Shown here one piece after another: positions 51,123-59,299 of a stretch of DNA of 64,000 nt. The stretch covers positions 2,560,001 to 2,624,000 of the forward strand of contig CAWDML010000001.1 of NCBI GenBank assembly GCA_963803435.1, given 5' to 3'. The translations under genes and the position numbers were made by a program. The first letter of the stretch is position 1; each line of letters begins with the position of its first letter. The notes below the pieces were generated by a model that did not search any database, was not told the DNA's origin, and saw only the letters and a list, made by a program, of their open reading frames with translations. Origin of the DNA: an uncultured delta proteobacterium (GTDB lineage: Bacteria > Myxococcota > Kuafuiibacteriia > Kuafuiibacteriales > Kuafuiibacteriaceae).

Positions 51123-52215
51123 TCACTTCCCCTCACCACCGGTGATCCACTTGAGAATCCGGGCCTTCAGCGTGGGCTCCTTCAACGCGGCCAACCGCGG
51201 ATCCGTGAGAGAGGTGATCGCAAGCGTAGGGTCGGTCCCGAAGCTCTCGTCGGTGAGGACCCGCCACGCCAGCTTCAGCTGGGCGAGGAGCTCGTCCATC
51301 GTTCGGTAGCGCTCGTCGGGATCCTTCTTGAGACACCTGTCGACGAGCTCCGAGATCTCGGGCGGACACGAGGGGAGAAACTGCGTCAGGGAAGGAGCCG
51401 GCTGGAGGAGGTGCATGTTGATCAGGGTCATCAAGTTCGAGGAGTAGAAGGGCACCCGGCCCGCGATCATCTGGAACATGATCACGCCGAGCGCGTACAT
51501 GTCGGCGCGCCCGTCGACCGCTTCGCCGACCGCCTGCTCCGGCGCCATATACGCGGGCGTTCCCATCATCGAACCCGCGTGCGTGATGTCGCTCTGGGGC
51601 GGGTAGAGGTCGCTGGCCTCCGGGTCGAAGACCTTGACCAGACCGAAGTCGAGCACCTTGACGAAGTCGAGGCCGTCCTCGTCCGGCTGCACCATCACGT
51701 TGTCGGGCTTGAGATCGCGATGCACGACGCCCTCGCGGTGGGCCTTGCGCAACGCGCGCGCGATCTGGATGGCAATCCCGAGCGCGCGCTGCGGCAAGAG
51801 CCTCGTCTCCTCCTCCAGCACGCGGGCCAGGTTCCGCCCGGCCACGCGCTCCATCGCCATGAAGAGATCGCCGGTCCTGAGCTCGCCGTAGTCGTAAATG
51901 ATCACGATGTTCGGGTGGGAGAGCCGCGACGAGATCGAGGCCTCGCGATGGAAGCGCAGCCGGTAGCGATCGGTATCCTCCGGGGTCGCGCATCGACAGC
52001 ACCTTGATCGCGACCGGTCGATCGACGTCGAGCTCGGTGCCTGCGTACACGTGGCCCATCGCCCCACGGGCGATGAGCTTCTCGATCCGATAGCGATCGG
52101 CGATGATCTGTCCGAAGAAGCGCAGCGTCCGCTCGGTGCGCGGCTCCAGGCCGCCTGATGCGCTGCGTCTCTCCACCAGCTCGGTCCTGAGCTGAGGGTT
52201 CGAATCCGTCGACAT
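51123..52215 (-). CDS. Cytoplasmic Ser/Thr kinase; single frameshift at ~51985
   Basis: ARGAMG, VAIKV, then HRDLKPDN, DFG, YMAPE in the adjacent frame; extra C in a C-run. Confidence 0.9.
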
Positions 52216-52331
52216 GGGGAGCTCTGGTGACTACGCAGTCGATGCAAAATCCTCCCCAAGAACGTAAGGATGTGGTTGCCTGTGAACGAAAGGGCTGGGA
52301 CCCTCGTCCAACAGAGGCAGAAGGATTTTAG

Positions 52332-52994
52332 ATGGTTGCGCTCGAACTTGGTTGCTCTGCGATGCTGCTGCTGCTCTCGGCGGCGCCCCCCAAGGCTGAG
52401 AAGAAGGACCCAGCCGCCGAGCTCCTCGACAAGGTCCAGCGACACTATGAAGGGCTGCACGACTACACCGCGGACTTCATCCAGACCTACACGCGTGTCG
52501 CGCTGAGTCGCACCTCGGAATCCCGCGGACGGCTCATGCTGAAGAAGCCCGGGATGATGCGCTGGGAGTACGACAAGCCCGATCCCAAGCTCTGGATCGC
52601 CGATGGGACCCAGCTCTACGTCTACGAGCCGGAGTTCCAGCAGGTCACGATCGACCGCAACTTCGAGACCGCACGGCTCTCCGACTCGATCAGCTTCCTG
52701 TGGGGTGAGGGCAAGCTGGCGGACACGTTCAACGCGAAGCTCGGCAATCCCGAGGAGGTCGGCGCGCCCAAGGGCGCCCCCACGCTCGAGCTCACGCCCA
52801 AGCACGACGCCACCTACGCCAAGCTGGTCGTCGTGCTCGACGCCAAGACGGGCCACGTCATCGAGTCCACGATCTACGAGACGTCCGGCAACAAGAACCA
52901 GTTCAAGTTCTCGAACCTGAAGATCAACACCGGACTCAAGAAGGATCTGTTCACCTTCACGCCCCCGCCGGGCGTCGACATCACCTACCGGTAG
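52332..52994 (+). CDS. lolA: Outer-membrane lipoprotein carrier LolA
   Basis: ADFIQ..GRLMLKKPGMMRWEY..IADG..YEPEFQQV..FTFTPPPGV; close to ftsK. Confidence 0.9.
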   Translation: MVALELGCSAMLLLLSAAPPKAEKKDPAAELLDKVQRHYEGLHDYTADFIQTYTRVALSRTSESRGRLMLKKPGMMRWEYDKPDPKLWIADGTQLYVYEPEFQQVTIDRNFETARLSDSISFLWGEGKLADTFNAKLGNPEEVGAPKGAPTLELTPKHDATYAKLVVVLDAKTGHVIESTIYETSGNKNQFKFSNLKINTGLKKDLFTFTPPPGVDITYR

Positions 52995-53347
52995 CCGTAG
53001 CTCTCGAAGACCGCGCTCAGCGCCATGGGCGACAGCTGCTCCGTCCCGTCGCTCACGCATACCTCTTGGTCGAGGAGCGTGGCCTGGATGGCCGCGCTGC
53101 GGCGCTCGGAGGGTTTGCGCGGCAACGGTGCGATGGGTGAATTCGCCACGCGCACCTCGGCCCAGGTTCGGATCAGCGCGCGGGCCGCCGCCAGCACTTC
53201 CCGCGGATCGAGCGGCGGATGACTCAACACGAACAGATAGGCGTCGAGCGCCGCCCTCTGCCGTGACCCCAGCGTCTGTGCGTCTTGTGCGGAGGCGCCA
53301 AGGATCTGAATCAGCGCGGTCCGCTCGTGGGCCGAGAGCGGGTGCAT
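52985..53347 (-). CDS. Hypothetical protein
   Basis: ATG 53347, ~120 aa filling the lolA-ALDH gap. Confidence 0.45.
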   Translation of the reverse strand: MHPLSAHERTALIQILGASAQDAQTLGSRQRAALDAYLFVLSHPPLDPREVLAAARALIRTWAEVRVANSPIAPLPRKPSERRSAAIQATLLDQEVCVSDGTEQLSPMALSAVFESYGYR

Positions 53348-53411
53348 GGCCGCGCAGGCTGCCACGCGCTGCCGCGATGCGCAATACGATCTGGCATGGT
53401 ACGAAGGCTCC

Positions 53412-54944
53412 ATGATCGCAGCACAGAAGAGCCCGCAGACCTTCGCGGTCGTGAACCCGACGACCGAACAACCCATCCGTGAGCTCCCGATCTTCTCGCG
53501 GGAGGAGGTCGGCCAGGCGATGGGGAAGGTGCGCCGCGCGGCTCGATTCTGGGCGGCGCTGACGGTCGAGGAGCGGTGCCGGAGGCTGGTCCCGATCGCC
53601 AAGGCGATCACGCGGCGCATGGACGAGATCGCTGAGACGATCTCGAACGAGAACGGCAAGGTGAGGATGGAGGCGCTCGCGCTCGACGTCGGCCCGACGC
53701 TGGTGGTGCTGAACTACTTCATCGAGAACGGCCCCAGGATCCTGAAGCCCGAGCGCATCGAGCTGGCGACGGCCCCGCATCGAAGCAGCTACCTGAGCTT
53801 TCAACCGCGCGGGGTGGTGGCCGTGATCTCGCCGTGGAACTTCCCCTTCATGCTCCCCGCGTCCGACACCCTCATGTCGCTGATCGCGGGCAACGGCGTC
53901 ATTCTGAAGCCCTCCGAGGTCACGCCGCTCTCGGCGTTGATCTTCAAGGCGTGCCTCGACGAGGGCGGCCTCGATCCCGATCTGGTCCAGGTGGTGACGG
54001 GTCTCGGAGAGACGGGCGCCGCCGTGATCGACGCGCGGCCCGACCACGTAGTCTTCACCGGATCCGTGGCGACCGGGCGCCGGATCGGGATCGCCTGCGC
54101 GGAGCGGATGATCAGCTACACGCTCGAGCTCGGCGGAAAGGCGCCCGCGATCGTGCTCGAGGACGCCGACCTCGAACGGGCGACCCAGGCGATCCTGTGG
54201 GGCGGGTTCGCGAACGCAGGCCAGATCTGCGCCTCGGTGGAGCGCGTATACGCGGTGGGCCCGATCTACGACCGCCTCGTCGACGCGCTGACCCGGGCCG
54301 CGGCCCAGCTGAGGGTCGGGCCACCGGATGCAGACAGCGACATCGGGAGCATGACCTGGGCGAAGCAGCGCGAGCTCGCCGAGCGCTTGATCGCCGACGC
54401 GCAGGGGAAAGGCGCGCGGGTCACCACCGGCGGCACGCGCACCGGTGATCGCGGCCTCTTCTTCCGCCCCACCGTCATCGCCGACTGCACGCAGGACATG
54501 GACGTGATGAACGCGGAGATCTTCGGACCAATCGTCCCCATGATGAAGGTCGACACGGAGGACCGAGCGCTCGAGCTGGCCAACGACAGCCCGCTGGGGC
54601 TCGGCGCCTACGTCTTCACGAAGGATCGCGCGCGCGGCCGCAGGCTCGCGGAGAAGCTCGAGGTCGGCTCAGTGATGATCAACGACGTCCTCACGCACGC
54701 CGGCGCGCCCGAGATGCCATGGGGCGGGATCAAGCACTCCGGCATCGGCATCATGCGGAGCGACCGAGGGCTCCGCGAGCTCTGCCACGCCCGCCACGTC
54801 AACTACGATCGCGTCGGCGGATGGGCCCGCGACCCCTACTGGTTCCCGTACTCGAAGAAAACCGAAGCGCAGCTCAAGGGCATCCTCAAGTCGATCTTCA
54901 CCGACAAGCCCTGGAGCAAGTTGATCCGAAAGGTGATCAGCTAA
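53412..54944 (+). CDS. Aldehyde dehydrogenase family protein
   Basis: ISPWNFP, LKPSE, FTGSVATG, LELGGK, NAGQIC, EIFGP, PWGGIKHSG. Confidence 0.95.
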   Translation: MIAAQKSPQTFAVVNPTTEQPIRELPIFSREEVGQAMGKVRRAARFWAALTVEERCRRLVPIAKAITRRMDEIAETISNENGKVRMEALALDVGPTLVVLNYFIENGPRILKPERIELATAPHRSSYLSFQPRGVVAVISPWNFPFMLPASDTLMSLIAGNGVILKPSEVTPLSALIFKACLDEGGLDPDLVQVVTGLGETGAAVIDARPDHVVFTGSVATGRRIGIACAERMISYTLELGGKAPAIVLEDADLERATQAILWGGFANAGQICASVERVYAVGPIYDRLVDALTRAAAQLRVGPPDADSDIGSMTWAKQRELAERLIADAQGKGARVTTGGTRTGDRGLFFRPTVIADCTQDMDVMNAEIFGPIVPMMKVDTEDRALELANDSPLGLGAYVFTKDRARGRRLAEKLEVGSVMINDVLTHAGAPEMPWGGIKHSGIGIMRSDRGLRELCHARHVNYDRVGGWARDPYWFPYSKKTEAQLKGILKSIFTDKPWSKLIRKVIS

Positions 54945-54954
54945 CTAAGTCTAA

Positions 54955-55193
54955 GAACCGGTCCTAAAACCGTTCCGTTCGCCATTCCGTGTTGCACTTG
55001 TTCTGGCATTCCGCCGCGCCGCCGGATGTGAGGGCTGAACTCGCGCGGAAGCGCCTTCCACTGACAACCCGCGTGAAGTCGATAGACGATCCCAGCCACC
55101 ACGACTCGATCAGGAATACGGGGCCGACCGCGGCGTAAGCTCCGCCGTCTTCTCGGCAGCAAGGCTTCGATCCTCCTCCAAAGCGCTCCGGTA
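54955..55193 (-). mobile_element. Internally deleted IS5 relic (right TIR present, left end cut off at the att junction)
   Basis: TIR GAACCGGTCC at 54955; ALWRRIEALLP..GRPR..GIVYRLHAGCQWKALPREFS fused directly to PHIRRRG. Confidence 0.85.
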
Positions 55194-55215
55194 GGTTCGA
55201 TTCCCGCCGGCTCCA
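55194..55215 (+). other. Attachment-site half resembling the tmRNA (ssrA) 3' end
   Basis: GGTTCGATTCCCGCCGGCTCCA = T-loop, 3' T-stem and Ala-type acceptor strand, 5 nt from the integrase stop; GTGCCA direct repeats (55265, 55276) resemble arm sites. Confidence 0.7.
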
Positions 55216-55220
55216 TCGCT

Positions 55221-56345
55221 TTAGTCCACTGATTTCAGGCCCTTGGCCGAGGGCTCTGAGTCTTGTGCCATATACGTGCCACGTTTTGGGAGCGGATCGT
55301 CGAGCTTCGTGACCGCATCCCGCCGCACGTCCGGCGACAGATGCGCGTACCGCATCGTCATCTCCATCGTCGAATGCCCGAGCAGCTCCTGCACCGCCTC
55401 GAGCGGCACGCCCCGCATCACCAGATGCGAAGCGAACGTGTGCCGGAGGACGTGCCACCCGATCCGCCGCAGCCCTGCCCGCGCGCACGCTCGGTAGAGC
55501 GGGCGCCGGCAGTGGTTCTCGTTCATCTGCCTGCCGTCCTCCAAACAGAAGACGAGCGGGCATCGAAGATGACGCTGGTCCTTGAGGACGTCGACCGCGA
55601 TCGGCGACAGCGGAATATCCCGCGTGAGGCCGTTCTTCGGCGTCCCTTCGTGCCCGCGCCACACCGCGCGCTTCACCATCAACCGCCCCCGAACCAGATC
55701 GAGGTCGTCCCAGCGGAGCGAGAGGAGCTCGCCCTGCCGGAGTCCCGTCTTGATCGCGAGGGTGATCATGCAGACCCACTCCGACTCGGCGCCGGCAATC
55801 AGCCGCTCCGCCTCCTCGAAGTCGAGGAAGTCGAACTCCGCCTTCGGCACGCGGAACCACTTCACCCGCGGAACGTTCTTGATGATCTCCCAGTCGCGGG
55901 CGACCGAGATCATCTTCCGCAGGATGGTGAGGTGGTTGTTGATCGACTTCTTCGAGATTTTCGTCTTCAGCTTGTCCGCCTTGTACTTCTCGATCTCGCG
56001 CGCCCCGATCTCGTCGAGGCGCTTGCGACCGAACGCCGGGATCAGGTGATAGCGAAGCGTGCTCCGCTTCATCCGAACCTCGGAAGGCTTGTTGTTGGTG
56101 AGCGCGTAGTTCTCGATGAACTCCTCTGCGAACGCAGCGAGCGTCGGAACCTCCTCCTTGTTCTTCTCTTCTTCTCTTCGATTCGGGTGCTCGAGAAGAT
56201 CCTCGCGCAGCTTGCGCTCGAACTCCTCTGCACCCCGCCTGGTCTGGACCGGGCTGGTCGCACGCACTCGCTCTCGCCGTCCATCTGGATGTCGAAAGAC
56301 GAAATCAACGAACCACCCTCGGTCCTCCGTTTTGCGAACAGTCAT
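55221..56345 (-). CDS. Tyrosine recombinase / phage-type integrase
   Basis: TGLRQGEL, PKN, HVLRHTFAS, LLGHS..TMRYAH; N-terminal arm-binding-like region. Confidence 0.95.
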   Translation of the reverse strand: MTVRKTEDRGWFVDFVFRHPDGRRERVRATSPVQTRRGAEEFERKLREDLLEHPNRREEEKNKEEVPTLAAFAEEFIENYALTNNKPSEVRMKRSTLRYHLIPAFGRKRLDEIGAREIEKYKADKLKTKISKKSINNHLTILRKMISVARDWEIIKNVPRVKWFRVPKAEFDFLDFEEAERLIAGAESEWVCMITLAIKTGLRQGELLSLRWDDLDLVRGRLMVKRAVWRGHEGTPKNGLTRDIPLSPIAVDVLKDQRHLRCPLVFCLEDGRQMNENHCRRPLYRACARAGLRRIGWHVLRHTFASHLVMRGVPLEAVQELLGHSTMEMTMRYAHLSPDVRRDAVTKLDDPLPKRGTYMAQDSEPSAKGLKSVD

Positions 56346-56348
56346 CGA

Positions 56349-56573
56349 TCACCTCCGTGTCGACGGCCGTTCGCGCTCGTTGGATCGCAACCACTCTAGC
56401 AGAGCGTCGCGCAGGATGACGATTCTTCTCGGGCCGACCTTCCGCGCCGGCAGACCGCGCTCTTCGATCGCGGCGTAGACGGTCTTGACGTTGAGGCCGA
56501 GGAAAGCCGCGACCTCCTCCACGCCGAGGACGACGGGCAACCCGTAGGTGTCGACTTCATTGATTCCGCTCAT
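56349..56573 (-). CDS. Excisionase-like HTH_17 protein
   Basis: LGVEEVAAFLGLNVKTVY..LPARKVG..RDALLEWL directly upstream of the integrase. Confidence 0.88.
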   Translation of the reverse strand: MSGINEVDTYGLPVVLGVEEVAAFLGLNVKTVYAAIEERGLPARKVGPRRIVILRDALLEWLRSNERERPSTRR

Positions 56574-56824
56574 GCGCCGGAGAAGCGCAAGGCATGGACC
56601 GCGGACGAGAGCGGCCTCCGCGGCTCTCGACGCCCACGATCCGGTCGGAGCCCGAACGGCGTTCGCACGGGAAACGGCGCACCGAAATTCGTTCCGGGCG
56701 GTGCGATCAGAATCTCGGATCAGCCGATGAAGAGCCGCTCGAACACCCACGCGGACGACGCGCGCCGAGCGAAGTACCGCCTCGGCGGAGTGTGCGCGCC
56801 ACCAGTGTTTGTTTCGTTGCCGCT

Positions 56825-57214
56825 CTACGACGGAGGCAGCTCGAAGTCCTCCACCGTCGTCCCGTTCACCTCGACAACCCGGTTCAGCATCCACGATCGC
56901 GCGTTCGGCCCCGATTTCGCCTCGATGTGCTGCAGCGCCGCCTGAAGCTCCGCCCACGACGTCTCGCGCGCGCTCGCGGTGAGGATCACCAAACCAGGAT
57001 GCAACTCGACATCTCCGACCAACTTCCGGAAGTCCTCCGCGTTCTGCGTGACCAGGATCCGGTCCTCCGCGATGCAGTACTCCAGAATGGGAGTGTCCTC
57101 CTTGCCCAGCCGACCTCTGTCGCGAACAGAGGTGGCATCGTATCCGCGCTCGGCGAGCCGCCGGGCGAGCGCCGGAGAGAGGCACTCGTCGATCAGGAAT
57201 TTCGGAGAATTCAT
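56825..57214 (-). CDS. DUF5615 PIN-like toxin (VapC45-like)
   Basis: KFLIDECLS, EDTPI, EDRILVTQNAEDF, HPGLV; ATGA overlap with the DUF433 gene. Confidence 0.88.
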   Translation of the reverse strand: MNSPKFLIDECLSPALARRLAERGYDATSVRDRGRLGKEDTPILEYCIAEDRILVTQNAEDFRKLVGDVELHPGLVILTASARETSWAELQAALQHIEAKSGPNARSWMLNRVVEVNGTTVEDFELPPS

Positions 57215-57843
57215 CGAAATTGCTTCGGGCGTCCGCGTCGCGGATGCGTGCGCGCATACGCGAGTGCGGCTTCGAGCGCCTCTCGCTCGACGTGATCCAA
57301 GTCCGCGGAGATCTCATCCATCGTCTCGCCTTCTTCGATGCGCCCGAGGATCGTGTAGACCGGAATGCGAGTCCCGCGAATGGTCGGCAGGCCGCCCATG
57401 ATCTCGGGATCGATCACGACATAGCGATCGAGCGCTTTGCGATAGACGTCCAAGACCCGGCGGCAGCGCCTGATCAGTTCCTTCAGGTCGAGCGAGATCA
57501 TCGGTGCGAGCTCCACGCGCTCGGCCCCCGCCGCGATGACACCGTAGATCTTCGTCTTGGCGTCCACGCCCAACGCCGCGTCACCGAGGAGCTGCGTGCT
57601 GGCGAGATACGGGACCACGCTCGGATCGATCAATACGCGGTCCTCGTCCTCCGAGAGCACGATCCCCTCTTCGAGCGCCTTCCGCACGACGCGCTCGGTC
57701 ACCGGACCGTCGGCTGGATCGAAGTCGAGCGCGAGCTCGGCCAGGATCCGATCCGGCGGCGCATCTTTTTGCCGAGAAGCCTCGAGACACGCGCTGGCAA
57801 GGTACGCGGCCTCCACGGCGCTGAGTGACTCGGCTCGCGACAT
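57211..57843 (-). CDS. DUF433 antitoxin with N-terminal extension
   Basis: IDPEIMGGLPTIRGTRIPV..GETMDEISAD..ALEAALAYA. Confidence 0.88.
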   Translation of the reverse strand: MSRAESLSAVEAAYLASACLEASRQKDAPPDRILAELALDFDPADGPVTERVVRKALEEGIVLSEDEDRVLIDPSVVPYLASTQLLGDAALGVDAKTKIYGVIAAGAERVELAPMISLDLKELIRRCRRVLDVYRKALDRYVVIDPEIMGGLPTIRGTRIPVYTILGRIEEGETMDEISADLDHVEREALEAALAYARTHPRRGRPKQFR

Positions 57844-57849
57844 AATCAT

Positions 57850-57891
57850 TCCCTCATAAGGGAGTATTTTATCCGCGCGCCCGCAAGTCAA
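57850..57891 (-). promoter_or_regulatory. Sigma70-like promoter with operator palindrome for the TA operon
   Basis: TTGACT-N17-AATACT; palindrome TCCCT-CATA-AGGGA (57850-57863) over the predicted start site. Confidence 0.5.
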
Positions 57892-58131
57892 GCCTTCGAT
57901 CCGCCCGCCTGCCATCCAAATCATCAAAAGCATCCGGTTTCCCTCGTCCTCAGATATGCGCGTTCAGCTCCAGCCGAATTCGGCGGCGGGACGGCTGACA
58001 GCGCTCTGACCCACGGACCGCGTCACGTCTCAATCCGCGATTGGCCCACCGCTTCCTCGATCACTCGAAGCGACGTGCTGCTCTCACCACTTTGCCTCGA
58101 TCCGATGCGGGCCACGATCCATGGGAGCGCA

Positions 58132-59052
58132 TCACTTCATTCCTCCGGTCGGCGGCAGGAGCTTCTGCTTCGCACCGTTTCGAACTCGTCGTTCAGCGCT
58201 TCCCGATTCGGCATGCTTGGCGAGCTCAGTGGTCAGGAGGTCGATCAGATCGGACCGCTCGCACTCGGAGAGCTCTCCGAGCTTCGCCAGGATCCTGCGA
58301 ACCGCCGCGATCCTCGATCCCGACTTCTCCGCGACTTCTTCCTCGCCCTCTATCTTCTTGAGCACGCGATCCGCTTCGAGCTGGAGCTTGCGCTTGCCCC
58401 ACCCCTCTTCCCGCGCGCGTTCTCCGAGTCGCTTCACCTCGCGATCTGCAAGACGAGTGTGCGCGCCTTCGGTCTCCCGAAACTGATCGGCGTCCCACTT
58501 CCGGAGCTTTCGGTGGAGGCGCAGCAGGATGATCAGGTTCCACATCGGCATTGCGCCTTCGCCGGTCCCGAACGCCTGGAGGAACTCGGGCGCGGAAGCG
58601 AGCTGCTGTAGAAATTCGACCTGGCCCTTGGGAACGCCAAACCGCTGCGCCAGCTGTTCGACGTCGAGCTCCGGCTCGGAACGCCGGACCTCATCGAACG
58701 CCATTGCCTTCTCGGTCGGCGTCAGATCCTCCCCGATGTTGCTGAGCACCTGAACGACACGCCGGTTGCCGATCGCTTCGTCGAGCTCTCCCCCGACGTA
58801 CGCCTGGATCGTCTTGAACCGAACGTTCTCTGGGTGCTGCTTCGCGAGCGCGCAGAGCGAGAGCCAGCGCCGCTGCCCGTCCACGATCACCCAGCGATCC
58901 TCGGCGCGCCGAACGCGGATTGGTTGAAGCTGTCCCATGGCGAAGATGGCGCCCTTAAGTCCCTCCATCGCCTCTCGATCGAAGTGTTGCCTAGGCTGCT
59001 CCGGATCAGGTGTCACCTCGTCCAGAGCCAGCGACAAGATTTGGTTCGTCAT
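58132..59052 (-). CDS. ParB/Spo0J N-terminal domain protein (no parA nearby)
   Basis: PDPEQPRQHFD, GQLQPIRV, IVDGQRRW, EDLTPTEKA plus HTH. Confidence 0.88.
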   Translation of the reverse strand: MTNQILSLALDEVTPDPEQPRQHFDREAMEGLKGAIFAMGQLQPIRVRRAEDRWVIVDGQRRWLSLCALAKQHPENVRFKTIQAYVGGELDEAIGNRRVVQVLSNIGEDLTPTEKAMAFDEVRRSEPELDVEQLAQRFGVPKGQVEFLQQLASAPEFLQAFGTGEGAMPMWNLIILLRLHRKLRKWDADQFRETEGAHTRLADREVKRLGERAREEGWGKRKLQLEADRVLKKIEGEEEVAEKSGSRIAAVRRILAKLGELSECERSDLIDLLTTELAKHAESGSAERRVRNGAKQKLLPPTGGMK

Positions 59053-59065
59053 GCACGCGTACCAA

Positions 59066-59081
59066 CGCAACCGCGGGACCA
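59066..59081 (-). promoter_or_regulatory. Sigma54-like promoter of the ParB gene
   Basis: TGGTCCCGCGGTTGCG, GG-N10-GC, 15 nt before the ATG. Confidence 0.45.
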
Positions 59082-59299
59082 GATCGAACGCTGCATTTCC
59101 GATGAAACAGCCACCGGCGCTCGCACACCACAGCACCACCGAACGCTCGCTGGTCGAGAGTTCCGTGCTCGACGAGTCGCGAGCGTGCGACGGCTCGCGA
59201 CCCCCGGGTCGCTCATTGCGCTTCGCAGCCCAAACGGAGCGCCTTCCGCCAGTAGACTGACCACGCCGAGCACTCCACTCCCTTGCGCGGCTTCACCAG

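Noticed and set aside
55194-55215. Complete tRNA-Ala or tmRNA gene
   Set aside because: Only the last ~22 nt are present; upstream is transposase sequence and the T-stem cannot pair
59091-59110. parS site upstream of the island parB (TGTTTCATCGGAAATG on the minus strand)
   Set aside because: Five mismatches to TGTTTCACGTGAAACA and a single copy; at most a weak operator candidate
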